Assembly: GCA_903913285.1 (NCBI GenBank)
Contig: CAIWKO010000056.1
Location: 28,605-92,604 of the forward strand
Origin: an uncultured Bacteroidales bacterium
GTDB taxonomy: Bacteria; Bacteroidota; Bacteroidia; Bacteroidales; CAIWKO01
Direction of reading: 5' to 3'
DNA length: 64,000 bases
Below, piece after piece: positions 49,895-59,530 of the stretch. Within the stretch, counting starts at the first letter, position 1, and each line of letters opens with the position of its first letter. Below the pieces are notes generated by a model. It was not told the DNA's origin, made no database searches, and saw nothing but the letters and a program-made list of their open reading frames with translations. A program made the translations under genes and the position numbers.

Positions 49895-51076
49895 TTAAAT
49901 TTTATTTAAGGCCTGCTCCAAATCTTCGATAATATCTTCAATATTTTCAATGCCTACTGAGTAACGAACCAATCCATCTGTGATTCCGGCTTTGAATCGG
50001 TTTTCTTTCGACATTTTTGAATGCGTCATTGAAGCAGGATGTTGTATCAGTGTTTCCACACCGCCTAATGAAACAGCCAGCAGGGCAAATTCAACATTGT
50101 CCATCAGTACTTTGCCAGCGGTCAGTCCGCCTTTCAGTTCAAAGCTGATCATGCAACCGGGGCCGTCCATTTGTTTCTTGCCGAGTTCGTAATGCTGATG
50201 CGATTTTAATCCGGGGAACTTTACCCAGGCAACTTTTGGATGTTTTTCCAGAAAATCAGCCACTTTTATCGCATTTTCCTGTGCCCGGTCTATTCTCACA
50301 GCTAAGGTTTTCAAACCACGGTGGGCCAAAAATGCCTGATGTGGATCGATATTAAAACCTAAGTTCACCATTACGCTGCGCAAAGTATCATAATACGATT
50401 TTTCTTTTGCAACAATGATTCCGCCAACCACATCGGCATGACCGTTGATGAATTTGGTCATCGAATGCAGCACGATATCTGCTCCCAGATCCAACGGACG
50501 TTGCAGATAAGGACTGCAAAAAGTATTATCCACAACCAAGGGTAAACCATGTTTATGAGCTATTTCGGCAGTTGCTCTAATATCGATGATATCCATCGTG
50601 GGATTAGCCGGAGTTTCGATATAGATCATTTTGGTATTTGGTCTTATCGATTTTTCTATATTTTCGATCTTCGATGCATCAATATAAGTGGCTTCAACAC
50701 CGAATTTCGGGAAAATGGTTTCAATAATACCGCGTGCTGGGCCGTAAATTGCATCGTGGCTCACGATATGTGCTCCGTTCGATAGCAGTGCCATATAAAC
50801 TGTGCTCACAGCACCCATGCCCGAAGAAGTAGCAATGCCGTCATATCCGTTTTCGAGCGATGCAACAGTCTTTTCAAGGGCTTTGATGGTTGGATTTCCG
50901 ATTCGGGTATATATATAACCGCTTTCTTCGCCTGCAAAACGTCTGGCACCTTGTTCGGCATTGTCAAATGCAAAAGTTGAAGTCTGGTAAATTGGCACAA
51001 TGGCACTTCCGTATTGATCTTTGTGCTCTCCTGCGTGTATCAGTTTAGAACTAAACCGCATAGTATCTTTTTTCAT
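49895..51076 (-). CDS. Cys/Met-metabolism PLP enzyme (methionine gamma-lyase / O-acetylhomoserine sulfhydrylase family)
   Basis: 393 aa with IVPIYQTSTFAF and HSMTKFINGHADVVGG (PLP lysine). Confidence 0.85.
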   Translation of the reverse strand: MKKDTMRFSSKLIHAGEHKDQYGSAIVPIYQTSTFAFDNAEQGARRFAGEESGYIYTRIGNPTIKALEKTVASLENGYDGIATSSGMGAVSTVYMALLSNGAHIVSHDAIYGPARGIIETIFPKFGVEATYIDASKIENIEKSIRPNTKMIYIETPANPTMDIIDIRATAEIAHKHGLPLVVDNTFCSPYLQRPLDLGADIVLHSMTKFINGHADVVGGIIVAKEKSYYDTLRSVMVNLGFNIDPHQAFLAHRGLKTLAVRIDRAQENAIKVADFLEKHPKVAWVKFPGLKSHQHYELGKKQMDGPGCMISFELKGGLTAGKVLMDNVEFALLAVSLGGVETLIQHPASMTHSKMSKENRFKAGITDGLVRYSVGIENIEDIIEDLEQALNKI

Positions 51077-51092
51077 AAAAATGATTTTTTTG

Positions 51093-51100
51093 CAAAAGTA
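51093..51100 (-). promoter_or_regulatory. Candidate -7 box TACTTTTG (minus strand) upstream of the gamma-lyase family gene
   Basis: Exact TAnnTTTG match 17 nt upstream of ATG 51076. Confidence 0.35.
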
Positions 51101-51173
51101 GGCTTAAAAAGGGAGCTAAATTGAATTCCGAAGCAATATTATTTTTCTCTGCGGTTAATTTGCAGAATAAAAG

Positions 51174-53525
51174 CTACTTCATTCTTTTTATCTGTTTCAG
51201 ATATTCGCTGCTGAAATAGCCATACCATTTATCGCCAAGCGTATACTCGCTCACCTTGAGTTTTGGATCCGTGGCATTGTCGGTTTTAAAGTCTTCAATG
51301 GCATAGGCACGTGCCAGCGACATTTGTTGAAGTTTGGTAGTTGCTTTCGGCACATTACGTTGTCTCAGCAGTTTCATCAGAAACATGGCGTTGTCAAGAT
51401 TTCCTGCATTGGTGAACCAGCTTACGCCATTCAGCACAAAACCCGACTCAAATGTGGCTATATATAGATACAACGGTTGATGACTGAAGCCATAGCTGCC
51501 AATGTTATTGTTGTTGAAATAATCCGTCAGTATATTATAAGCTGAAATAGCCTTGTCGTAGCTGAAGCTTTTGGCCAGGTCGTTGCATTGATTCAACTGC
51601 CGCTGATATTCTGCCGGTTTTGCCACATTTTGTATACCGCTTGTAGCCTGGTTCGTGTTTATATCGCAATCGGCATTACTACCTGCAACTTGTAAGGCTT
51701 CTTTGTATTTGGTTTCCGACGAAAGATAGTTTTTGTTGGTTTCATCAGACGAAGCGGAACTGATTTTTGCGTCGTAGGCTTTTTGCGCATTCTCGCATTC
51801 CTGACTGAAGATCGATTTTCTCAAACCATCTATCTTGGCTGTCAGCTTGGTGTTGTCATACAAATTATACGATCTCTGGTCGTCCGTCACTTGTTTCATA
51901 ATGTTGCGGGCCTGTGGCAGATTATTGGCAGCCACGGCACTACTTGCATCATCCAGATCCATCATCAAAACTTCCGTTTTCGATTTCTTCAATAGCTCGG
52001 GCAGTTTAAGGTCTTTATTAACGGGATATTGATTCTCCAGTGTCTTAGCCTTATCAAATTCCGCGAAAGCACTGCGGTAATCCTTGGCAGCCATATCATC
52101 TTTTCCACGTTTCATGGCCGCATAATAGGCTTCTATCTGTATCTTTTGTTTAACATCCAGAGCATCCTGATTATCGGATATATATTTCGAATATTTTTTC
52201 TGATAGCTAAGCGCATTATCGATCTGATTATTTGCATCATCATATTGTTTCTGTGTCAGCAAATTTTCTCCCGTTTTCACCATGTTCGAATAAATTCCCT
52301 GATAGCAGTCGCGTTTAATCAGTTCGATCGTATCGTTACACATTGAATAAGATAAACTTTGACAAAAGTTTTCAGCTTTACCAAGTGCCGTCAGTGCTTC
52401 CGCATATTTTCCCTGATTCAGCAGGTCGGAGGCTACGTTCATGTCGGTCCATTCCAGTGCGTTCGTAAGATATTTTGCAGCACTTAACGTATTATTGTCA
52501 ATGTTTTTTAAGGTAAAGAACTTCTTTATTTGTTGTTTGGCTTCATCAATATAGTTGCTTTCAAAAGCTATTTCTGCCAGATAATATTGCGAAGGGGCAT
52601 AATAGGGGTTATAAAACAACGACTTTTCAAAAGCGGCTTTTGCTTCCAATGGTTTCTTGTTGTTATATAGGCCCAGTCCTCTTTCAAAATAGAGCTGATG
52701 TATGATCGATTGTGTATAGCTCAGTTGATTCTGGACATCCGCAAAGCTCTTCTTAACGTCATACAATTTGACCGAAAGTTTCTCGGGATCATGATTCTCA
52801 ATATGCAGCACCTGCCAGAAAGCGGCCGACGAAATGTTGTCGAGTGATGATTTCATAGAATTCATCATGGTCTGCGATTTGTCCATATCATCAATTCCGT
52901 TCGGGTTGATGGTCGATAGTTGTCCGTTGATATTACCCAGATCCATATCGGCATTATAATATTGATCTACCAGACTCGCCCGTTCGTGGAAATTTTTGCG
53001 TGCTTCATGGTCGTATGTGAACTGCAATGTATTCACGGCAAAAGTATAATTCGTGTTGGGCACCGTATCCACATATTTCAGTATAACTTCATTGAATTTC
53101 GGGTCGAGATCGGTTTTAGGTTGCGAGAAAAGGGCGATCTTGGCTCCATTCTTGCGGCTTAATACGCCCGTAAATTCATATTTCGAAGGTGCAAGTGCAT
53201 CGTGCATCATAAATCCTTTATAAAACACATCGCCTTCCATCTTTATTTTCTGATAATCCACGTAGATGCTCACCAGATTCTTATCGCGTGTGATCTTCAC
53301 GCTTTCGTCAATGTTCATCGTTATTTTGGTCTGATAAACCGGCTTGGGTATCGATTTGGCGATATCCTGCAGTATTTCGTTGATCACCTTCTGACTTTCA
53401 TCACTACTATTCGCGTAGGTCAATAAATACGATTTATTTTGATCGCTCTGGTACAGTATCTGGGTTTGCGCTCCTGCGGTAACATTCACACCGAACAACA
53501 ATAGAAAAAGTATACGGATTTTCAT
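51174..53525 (-). CDS. Secreted hypothetical protein with TPR-like helical repeats
   Basis: 783 aa with the signal peptide MKIRILFLLLFGVNVTAGAQ. The central Y/A/L-rich helical-repeat segments (e.g. GKYAEALTALGKAENF) look TPR-like. I recognise no catalytic motif. Confidence 0.75.
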   Translation of the reverse strand: MKIRILFLLLFGVNVTAGAQTQILYQSDQNKSYLLTYANSSDESQKVINEILQDIAKSIPKPVYQTKITMNIDESVKITRDKNLVSIYVDYQKIKMEGDVFYKGFMMHDALAPSKYEFTGVLSRKNGAKIALFSQPKTDLDPKFNEVILKYVDTVPNTNYTFAVNTLQFTYDHEARKNFHERASLVDQYYNADMDLGNINGQLSTINPNGIDDMDKSQTMMNSMKSSLDNISSAAFWQVLHIENHDPEKLSVKLYDVKKSFADVQNQLSYTQSIIHQLYFERGLGLYNNKKPLEAKAAFEKSLFYNPYYAPSQYYLAEIAFESNYIDEAKQQIKKFFTLKNIDNNTLSAAKYLTNALEWTDMNVASDLLNQGKYAEALTALGKAENFCQSLSYSMCNDTIELIKRDCYQGIYSNMVKTGENLLTQKQYDDANNQIDNALSYQKKYSKYISDNQDALDVKQKIQIEAYYAAMKRGKDDMAAKDYRSAFAEFDKAKTLENQYPVNKDLKLPELLKKSKTEVLMMDLDDASSAVAANNLPQARNIMKQVTDDQRSYNLYDNTKLTAKIDGLRKSIFSQECENAQKAYDAKISSASSDETNKNYLSSETKYKEALQVAGSNADCDINTNQATSGIQNVAKPAEYQRQLNQCNDLAKSFSYDKAISAYNILTDYFNNNNIGSYGFSHQPLYLYIATFESGFVLNGVSWFTNAGNLDNAMFLMKLLRQRNVPKATTKLQQMSLARAYAIEDFKTDNATDPKLKVSEYTLGDKWYGYFSSEYLKQIKRMK

Positions 53526-53623
53526 AATAAGGATTTTATTTTCTCACTGCAAATATAATACAAAACTTGAATATAAATTAGCTGCCATCGGGTAACTTGG
53601 AACTCAGAACTCCTAACCCAGAA

Positions 53624-55609
53624 CTAGTTTCTCATCCATTTCGTCCAAAAATACGTATACGAGTTCCTTTCGAATTTATTCTCCTCAAAGCGGTTATCGT
53701 TGGGGATATACATCGAAAAAACCAGAGGGGCCGTAAACGTTTGAGGTTCTGTTGTACCTTCAAGCCGAACACTTGTGCGTTTGTTCAGTATAATTCCGAA
53801 TGGCATGCTGAAATTTTTGCCTACGTTTATCCATTGATAAGTAAACTTCAGCTTGTTGTTCTCAATATTGAACGAATATTGCAATACGGGCGGTTCCTTA
53901 TCATACATGAATTTATTGAAGAAATCCGTATGATCTTTCCCCGTGGTTGCATTCACATAATCTACAAAATCCTGCGACTTCACTATTTTGAATTTATACG
54001 TGGTAAAGAATCCTTTCAGTATTGAAAAAAACAGTGAATCGTTGTTCACCTCGCAGCGCAGGTTGTGCAACATGGCGGCTCCTTTATAATATACGTCGCC
54101 TCCGAGAAATGTGTTGTCGTTCACGTCGCGGGCACCCACCATCGGCCAAAGGTTTTCTATTTCTGTCATGTTCTTTGAAACGATACGGATATACTCATCG
54201 TAGCCGTATTTTGCTTCGGTGAACAGATGTTCCGAGTAGGTGGCAAAACCCTCGCTCATCCACACATCGGCCATGTCGCCCATGGTAACTGTGTTTCCCC
54301 ACCATTCATGCGCCGTTTCGTGCACCAGCAGGTAGTCGTAGTCTTTTATCTTTTCAATAGGATGTTGTGGCCGTGTGTAAATACTTCCGATAGCGACCGC
54401 CGATTGGTTTTCCATGCCAGAGTATGGTGCTTCCACCATTCCCACTCCGTCTCGTTTGTAGGGATATTCACCGTACAGTTTCTCATACACCGCCACGATG
54501 TCTTTCGTTTGCTTATAATAACTTTTCGCTGTTTGCAGGTTTTGCGGCAGCACGTAAAAATCCATATTATACGAGCCATTGTCATTGGTGTATACCTCGG
54601 TGATGTCGGTAAATTTGCCCATATAGCACGTAACCCCGTAGTTGTTTATCGGGTAGCTCACAAACCATTCATAATTGTTATAATTATTTCCAACCTCTTT
54701 GGTCGAACGCAGGTTGCCGTTGGCCACGGCCTGATAGCCAGTGGGCACTTGTATGTTGATCTCCATCGAATCGGGTTTGTCCGACAAATGGTCTTTACAC
54801 GGCCACCATGCGCTGGCTCCCAGCTGTTCGCACGACACGCCTATCAACCAGTCTCCGTTATTCTTTTTCCAAACAAAACCCGCGTTCCAGGGTGGGTTGG
54901 GTGCTTCACGCGGCACGCCCTTATACACCACGTGTATCATATCCTTCTCGTTGGCGGGCAGCTCCAAGTCGAAATAAACGAACACAGCATCGTATTTCCG
55001 CTTAAATTTCAGCTTCTTTCCTTTGTGGCTTATCGAAACTATTTTCAGATTTTCGGCAAGGTCTATCTGTATCTCTTTCGTGGCGCGGTTAGTGGTGAAA
55101 TATATGTCGTTGCTTCCGGCTATGCTTTTCTTTTCGGGTAATATCTTAGCCATCAGGTTGTAAAAATACACATCGTAGCAGTTGCGTTCGGGGCGCAGGG
55201 CTCCGCGCAGCGAATCTTTCAGCCCGAACACGGGTTTAAACCCGTTCTCTTCTTTCAGCGTGCAGTGGTCCAGATACGACTGGCTTAACATATTCACACG
55301 GTAGGCTTTTGAGCACCACCAATCCAAAAATTGTTTGTTCTCTTTGAAGTTATATTTTCTGGCCAGAACAAAATCTGCTTCGGCTGCAGGAGGATCGTTC
55401 AGCAGCATATAACACAGGCCGCGGTTATAATACATTTCGCCATTGTCCGGATGTCTGGTCAGAAATACATCCATTTTCTTTATCGCCTCATAATAGTCGG
55501 CTCTGTTATAATAAAAGGCAATATCCTCATATTCCGAAGCAGAGATGTTTTGCGACCAGACACGTATGCACATCAGGAGAAAAACAAATGCTATCAGGCT
55601 CTTTTTCAT
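53624..55609 (-). CDS. M1 family zinc metallopeptidase (aminopeptidase N-like)
   Basis: LVHETAHEWWGNTVTMGDMADVWMSEGFATY is the HExxH-x18-E zinc site, and GMENQS is the exopeptidase motif. I placed the start at ATG 55609 (MKKSLIAFVFLLMCIRVWSQ signal peptide). Confidence 0.9.
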   Translation of the reverse strand: MKKSLIAFVFLLMCIRVWSQNISASEYEDIAFYYNRADYYEAIKKMDVFLTRHPDNGEMYYNRGLCYMLLNDPPAAEADFVLARKYNFKENKQFLDWWCSKAYRVNMLSQSYLDHCTLKEENGFKPVFGLKDSLRGALRPERNCYDVYFYNLMAKILPEKKSIAGSNDIYFTTNRATKEIQIDLAENLKIVSISHKGKKLKFKRKYDAVFVYFDLELPANEKDMIHVVYKGVPREAPNPPWNAGFVWKKNNGDWLIGVSCEQLGASAWWPCKDHLSDKPDSMEINIQVPTGYQAVANGNLRSTKEVGNNYNNYEWFVSYPINNYGVTCYMGKFTDITEVYTNDNGSYNMDFYVLPQNLQTAKSYYKQTKDIVAVYEKLYGEYPYKRDGVGMVEAPYSGMENQSAVAIGSIYTRPQHPIEKIKDYDYLLVHETAHEWWGNTVTMGDMADVWMSEGFATYSEHLFTEAKYGYDEYIRIVSKNMTEIENLWPMVGARDVNDNTFLGGDVYYKGAAMLHNLRCEVNNDSLFFSILKGFFTTYKFKIVKSQDFVDYVNATTGKDHTDFFNKFMYDKEPPVLQYSFNIENNKLKFTYQWINVGKNFSMPFGIILNKRTSVRLEGTTEPQTFTAPLVFSMYIPNDNRFEENKFERNSYTYFWTKWMRN

Positions 55610-56005
55610 AGTACGGGTTTTAGGTTTCGGCCACCGCGGGCTTCGGTTTCGCGACACAAAATTACATTAAATATGTTTCGGAAAAGTGGCTAACATAATT
55701 TTGCGTATCGGTTTATATACACATCAGGCTTACACTTATATTATTTCCTCTGTTCTTCCATTCTTCTTTGCCCGAATGAATAGTTCAGGCGGGCATTCTT
55801 CCATTCTCTTTTCTTCCCACTTTCCATTAGGAAACTCTATTCACCCAACCGATTGAAATAAAGTTTATATATTTTGCTGAATTGAAAAATTTTAATTAAA
55901 TTTGTGGAAATAAATTGCTTGGGTTAGGTTGTCATGCGTTGGGAGACATGCAGGTATCGGTGAATAAAACCTTAGCAGTAATAGTGGTTTCTTATAAAAA
56001 AAATT

Positions 56006-57691
56006 ATGAAAAAGAACATTGTAGTAAGTATGTTGGTTATGATGGCTGTTTTTTCGGTCAATATCAAAAGTTTTGCTCAGCAAACAAAACATATTTCGAG
56101 TGAAGATTCTGCTGCTTTCAATGCATTGGTGTTATATCCCGATACGATCCGCCTCGATATTTTCGAGGTCTGTCAATATCCCGCAGCTATTGTGAATATG
56201 GCAAGTCTGCAAACCAAATCCAGCTCTGGTTTTTCTGATGCTATTAGCAATTATTCAAAAGACGAAAAGGAGGATTTTTGGAACCTTAGCCGATATTCCG
56301 ATCTGATTACTGTTCTGGTTCAGGGAGGTAAAAAATCGAAAGAAGAAATTGATAGAATTCTGATAAACTATCCTGAAGATATCCATGAAACCGCCATTAA
56401 GTTTGGTACTCAATATTATGAAACGCTTAAGAAAATTGATGATCTTCAAACTCAAATAAACAACCAGTTTGCACAAATTCTCTCTGATTATCCTTCCGTT
56501 ACACAGGATGCATTGAAAGAACTCACTCAGTTTCCTGAAATAATAATCCTGCTGAATGATCATCTTAGCCTGTCGGTGCGGATTGGCGATCATTACAAAC
56601 GCGATCCGAAAGGTGTTATCCACCGGATGGACTCTTTAAATCTGGCAGCAGTCAGGCAGAATGCAGAAGACGCTGCAGCCTGGAAACAAAATATTGAGCA
56701 AAACCCTGACGAAGCAAGCGATCTAAAAAATGCTTCCACTGATTTTGCTACCGATAACGGATACACACAAGATGAAATAAACACTGTTCCCAGTTCTTAT
56801 TATGTATCCAACTACTATTGTAATCCGTATTCTTATTGGTTTGGTTATCCTACCTGGTACCCATACAGCTATTGGTATCCCTATCCTTTCTGGTTCGATT
56901 GCGGGTTTTATTATGATGCTTTCGGCAACCTGATAATTATTGGTTACCCTTCCTATTATTTTACCAACTGGTATTTTTATTATCCCGAACACATGCACCA
57001 TTATCCTCACCTGTGTGATTCGTACATAAATCATTATTATGGCGGACATCACAGGCAGGCTGATGCTAATTCTGTTATTGTTCATAATTGGGTTAGAGAT
57101 AACCAAAACTATTTACCTAAAGATTTTCTTACAAATAAATCAAACCGAGTTGAAGTTATAAAACAGATTGGTCAGTTGAATGAAGATGTTCAAAAAACAC
57201 TCAATGGCAAAAAGATCACGACAACTATTAAAGATCAATATTTTCAGAATAATACAACCAAATATCCTGCTTTGAACTCAACGCAACAAACCAAGACCTG
57301 GGGTGAGGTGAAACTGCAAAACACACCTGAAAATCTTCAGACGATCACTAAACAGCCGCCTGTTAAAATTACAAATACAGTTCAAAAAACCATTGTCACC
57401 CCGAAGCAAAATAATACGGAACCAACTTATGATTTCAATAAAATAAATAATGCTCAGGAATATCATAAGCAAACCTGGGAACAAACTCAACCGTCGGGGC
57501 AACAGCAGCAGCAGCAAAAGCAACAACCGCAACAGCAGCAACAGCAGCAGCAGCAACAGCAAAAACAACAACCACAGCAGCAACAACAACAGCAGCAAAA
57601 ACAACAACCGCAACAGCAGCAGCAACCCGTAAAACAAACACCGACACAACAAAAACCAAATAACCAAACATCGTCTGGCAAAAAAAAATAA
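56006..57691 (+). CDS. Secreted low-complexity protein: DUF3300-like N-terminal motif (tentative), Tyr/Trp/Pro-rich core and poly-Gln tail
   Basis: 561 aa with the signal peptide MKKNIVVSMLVMMAVFSVNIKSFAQQ. LVLYPDTIRLDIFEVCQYPAAIV resembles the DUF3300 ALYPD…YP..IV pattern. It also contains YYCNPYSYWFGYPTWYPYSYWYPYPFWF. The C-terminus is made of Q-runs interrupted by KQQP. Confidence 0.8.
   Translation: MKKNIVVSMLVMMAVFSVNIKSFAQQTKHISSEDSAAFNALVLYPDTIRLDIFEVCQYPAAIVNMASLQTKSSSGFSDAISNYSKDEKEDFWNLSRYSDLITVLVQGGKKSKEEIDRILINYPEDIHETAIKFGTQYYETLKKIDDLQTQINNQFAQILSDYPSVTQDALKELTQFPEIIILLNDHLSLSVRIGDHYKRDPKGVIHRMDSLNLAAVRQNAEDAAAWKQNIEQNPDEASDLKNASTDFATDNGYTQDEINTVPSSYYVSNYYCNPYSYWFGYPTWYPYSYWYPYPFWFDCGFYYDAFGNLIIIGYPSYYFTNWYFYYPEHMHHYPHLCDSYINHYYGGHHRQADANSVIVHNWVRDNQNYLPKDFLTNKSNRVEVIKQIGQLNEDVQKTLNGKKITTTIKDQYFQNNTTKYPALNSTQQTKTWGEVKLQNTPENLQTITKQPPVKITNTVQKTIVTPKQNNTEPTYDFNKINNAQEYHKQTWEQTQPSGQQQQQQKQQPQQQQQQQQQQQKQQPQQQQQQQQKQQPQQQQQPVKQTPTQQKPNNQTSSGKKK
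57500..57628 (+). repeat. CAG/CAA (poly-Gln) trinucleotide tract inside the 56006-57691 CDS
   Basis: About 43 codons are almost exclusively CAA/CAG, with three KQQP interruptions. All six frames are open, which generates four overlapping track ORFs. Confidence 0.9.
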
Positions 57692-57710
57692 ACAACACTA
57701 TATCATTATC

Positions 57711-57730
57711 GATACTTAGAGATAAGTATC
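57711..57730 (+). terminator. Possible terminator hairpin after the poly-Gln protein gene
   Basis: A perfect 8-bp stem GATACTTA/TAAGTATC with loop GAGA lies 20 nt after the stop. The stem is AT-rich and the downstream T-run is weak (TAATTTTT). Confidence 0.35.
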
Positions 57731-57996
57731 CATAGTAATTTTTCGGCATGGATGCTTTTTCAAACTCCTGCTTAACGGGTTTTTAGCAAGCTGATTTATT
57801 GTCTATAAATGTAGTAATATTATCTGCTAAAATCAACAATTTTTGTTAGATGAGGTATAAGGTAAAAGGGCCGCTTTTCAAGCAGCCTTATACTTTTCCA
57901 TCTTTCCCCATCTGAGTTCCGACTTTTTTAATAAAATTATTCCTCCAAAATAATATTCCAAAAATTTCGTTTAATTTTATGATCTAGTTAAATTTT

Positions 57997-58233
57997 ATGA
58001 CAGCACGAAAAAGGTTTTTACTCCGAAATGAACAACAGCAAAATGTTGCTACGGTCATCACATTTTTCGATGAGTATCTGAAACATGAAATAGGATTTAT
58101 TACTACTATCGACTATAAAATTCATACCTCAAAAATCTACGAAGACCATTTTGATGCTGATATCATAGCCGATTTGGCCGCCCTTGTTAATATAAGCTAT
58201 CTCGATTATATCGAATTACCCATCAAAAAATAA
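57997..58233 (+). CDS. Small hypothetical protein (78 aa)
   Basis: It is an ORF only, with no recognisable motif, lying alone in an AT-rich gap. Coding status is uncertain. Confidence 0.3.
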   Translation: MTARKRFLLRNEQQQNVATVITFFDEYLKHEIGFITTIDYKIHTSKIYEDHFDADIIADLAALVNISYLDYIELPIKK

Positions 58234-58395
58234 TTCCGAATTATCACTTTTTTCATTGCTGTAATTCATGTTTTGGGCTTATGACTAAAACCGGAATTAT
58301 TTATTAAATAAACCCGGCAGTGAATCTAAAGCGCTGCTAATATAGATAAACAGATCAGTAGCCTGAGCCAAACAGGAGGAAATAATTGATTATTA

Positions 58396-59529
58396 TTATT
58401 GTTTACTGTTTCGGTTCACCTCAAGGTGGATCTTCCATCCCAGTTTGTCCAGTTCATTATTAAACGTATCGAAAGTGTATTTGTCGGCAGGTGTCAGCAA
58501 ACCTTTAAAGTTTTCGGGATTATCAAAATAATTGATAGCAATAACAATGGGCATATACGAAACCATCACCGAATTATCCTCCACTGCTATCAGCGCTTCA
58601 ATATCTTTACTTCCGGTCATAATCACTTTTATATAACCACCCGGAAAGAATCCTTTTGTCAGTCCCTCTTCATAACTACATTTCAGGTTTTTCTTTACTA
58701 TTTTTTCAAGCATTTTATAGGCCCATTTTCTTTTATGGGGTTTGAGCCACCTCATAATTGAAAATAGTATCGGAGAAAATTCTTTATCTATAGCAAATAA
58801 AGTTCTTACACTATTACATTTTATTTTTTCAGGAATTAAAATGGAATCATTCAAGGGAACACTCATCAATTTCTTTTCTCCTATAGGTTCGGGAAATGTT
58901 TGTTTCTTGATAAATTTGCCTAAAGGTTCGTACACTTGCTTACCGTCAATGTACGTTGTCGAACATAAAGATGATTCTATTATACCACTCATGATGCTTG
59001 CCAAAGCCTGATCGGGAGACGGCATACGCCCGGCAACGCCGTACATTTCGATGCTGTTAACCTCCCTAAGCATTTCTGCCAAATGGATTATTACTAATGT
59101 TGACACCCCCGGCGATTGCCCCGTACACGTAAAAACCATGCTGCCCGATTCTTCAATTTCGGGTTTCAGCTGCCGCAGATTCATCAAATGTAGCTGTTCA
59201 TTTGCAATATCGATGTATGGTTTTTTGCATTGCACTACTGTTTTAACAATTTCGTCACCACCCAGCGAAAACGGACCTGAAGCATTGATCACCATATCAG
59301 CTTTCTGGCAATATAACGTAAGCTTATCCGTATTGCCGGCATCAAGTATTTCTACCGATAAGCGGTTCGAATTATTCTCCCGCACCAGCGATTCTAATTT
59401 TTCGGGTCTTTTGCCTACAGCCAGCACATTAAAAGCTGTCTTTTCGAGCAGGCCTTTCACTATTTTAGTGCCCGCGTGTCCGTAACCACCTATAACAAGT
59501 ATGGTTTTTATTGTTCCTTCGTTTTCCAT
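58396..59529 (-). CDS. Saccharopine dehydrogenase-like NAD(P)-binding protein
   Basis: 377 aa. The N-terminal Rossmann motif is ILVIGGYGHAGTKIV, and the layout matches Sacchrp_dh_NADP family proteins. Confidence 0.8.
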   Translation of the reverse strand: MENEGTIKTILVIGGYGHAGTKIVKGLLEKTAFNVLAVGKRPEKLESLVRENNSNRLSVEILDAGNTDKLTLYCQKADMVINASGPFSLGGDEIVKTVVQCKKPYIDIANEQLHLMNLRQLKPEIEESGSMVFTCTGQSPGVSTLVIIHLAEMLREVNSIEMYGVAGRMPSPDQALASIMSGIIESSLCSTTYIDGKQVYEPLGKFIKKQTFPEPIGEKKLMSVPLNDSILIPEKIKCNSVRTLFAIDKEFSPILFSIMRWLKPHKRKWAYKMLEKIVKKNLKCSYEEGLTKGFFPGGYIKVIMTGSKDIEALIAVEDNSVMVSYMPIVIAINYFDNPENFKGLLTPADKYTFDTFNNELDKLGWKIHLEVNRNSKQ

Positions 59530-59530
59530 A

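Noticed and set aside
57278-57749. Four overlapping ORFs (poly-Leu, poly-Ala/Val, poly-Cys, poly-Ser/Asn) over the CAG/CAA tract
   Set aside because: These are frame artefacts of the trinucleotide repeat inside the 561-aa secreted-protein CDS.
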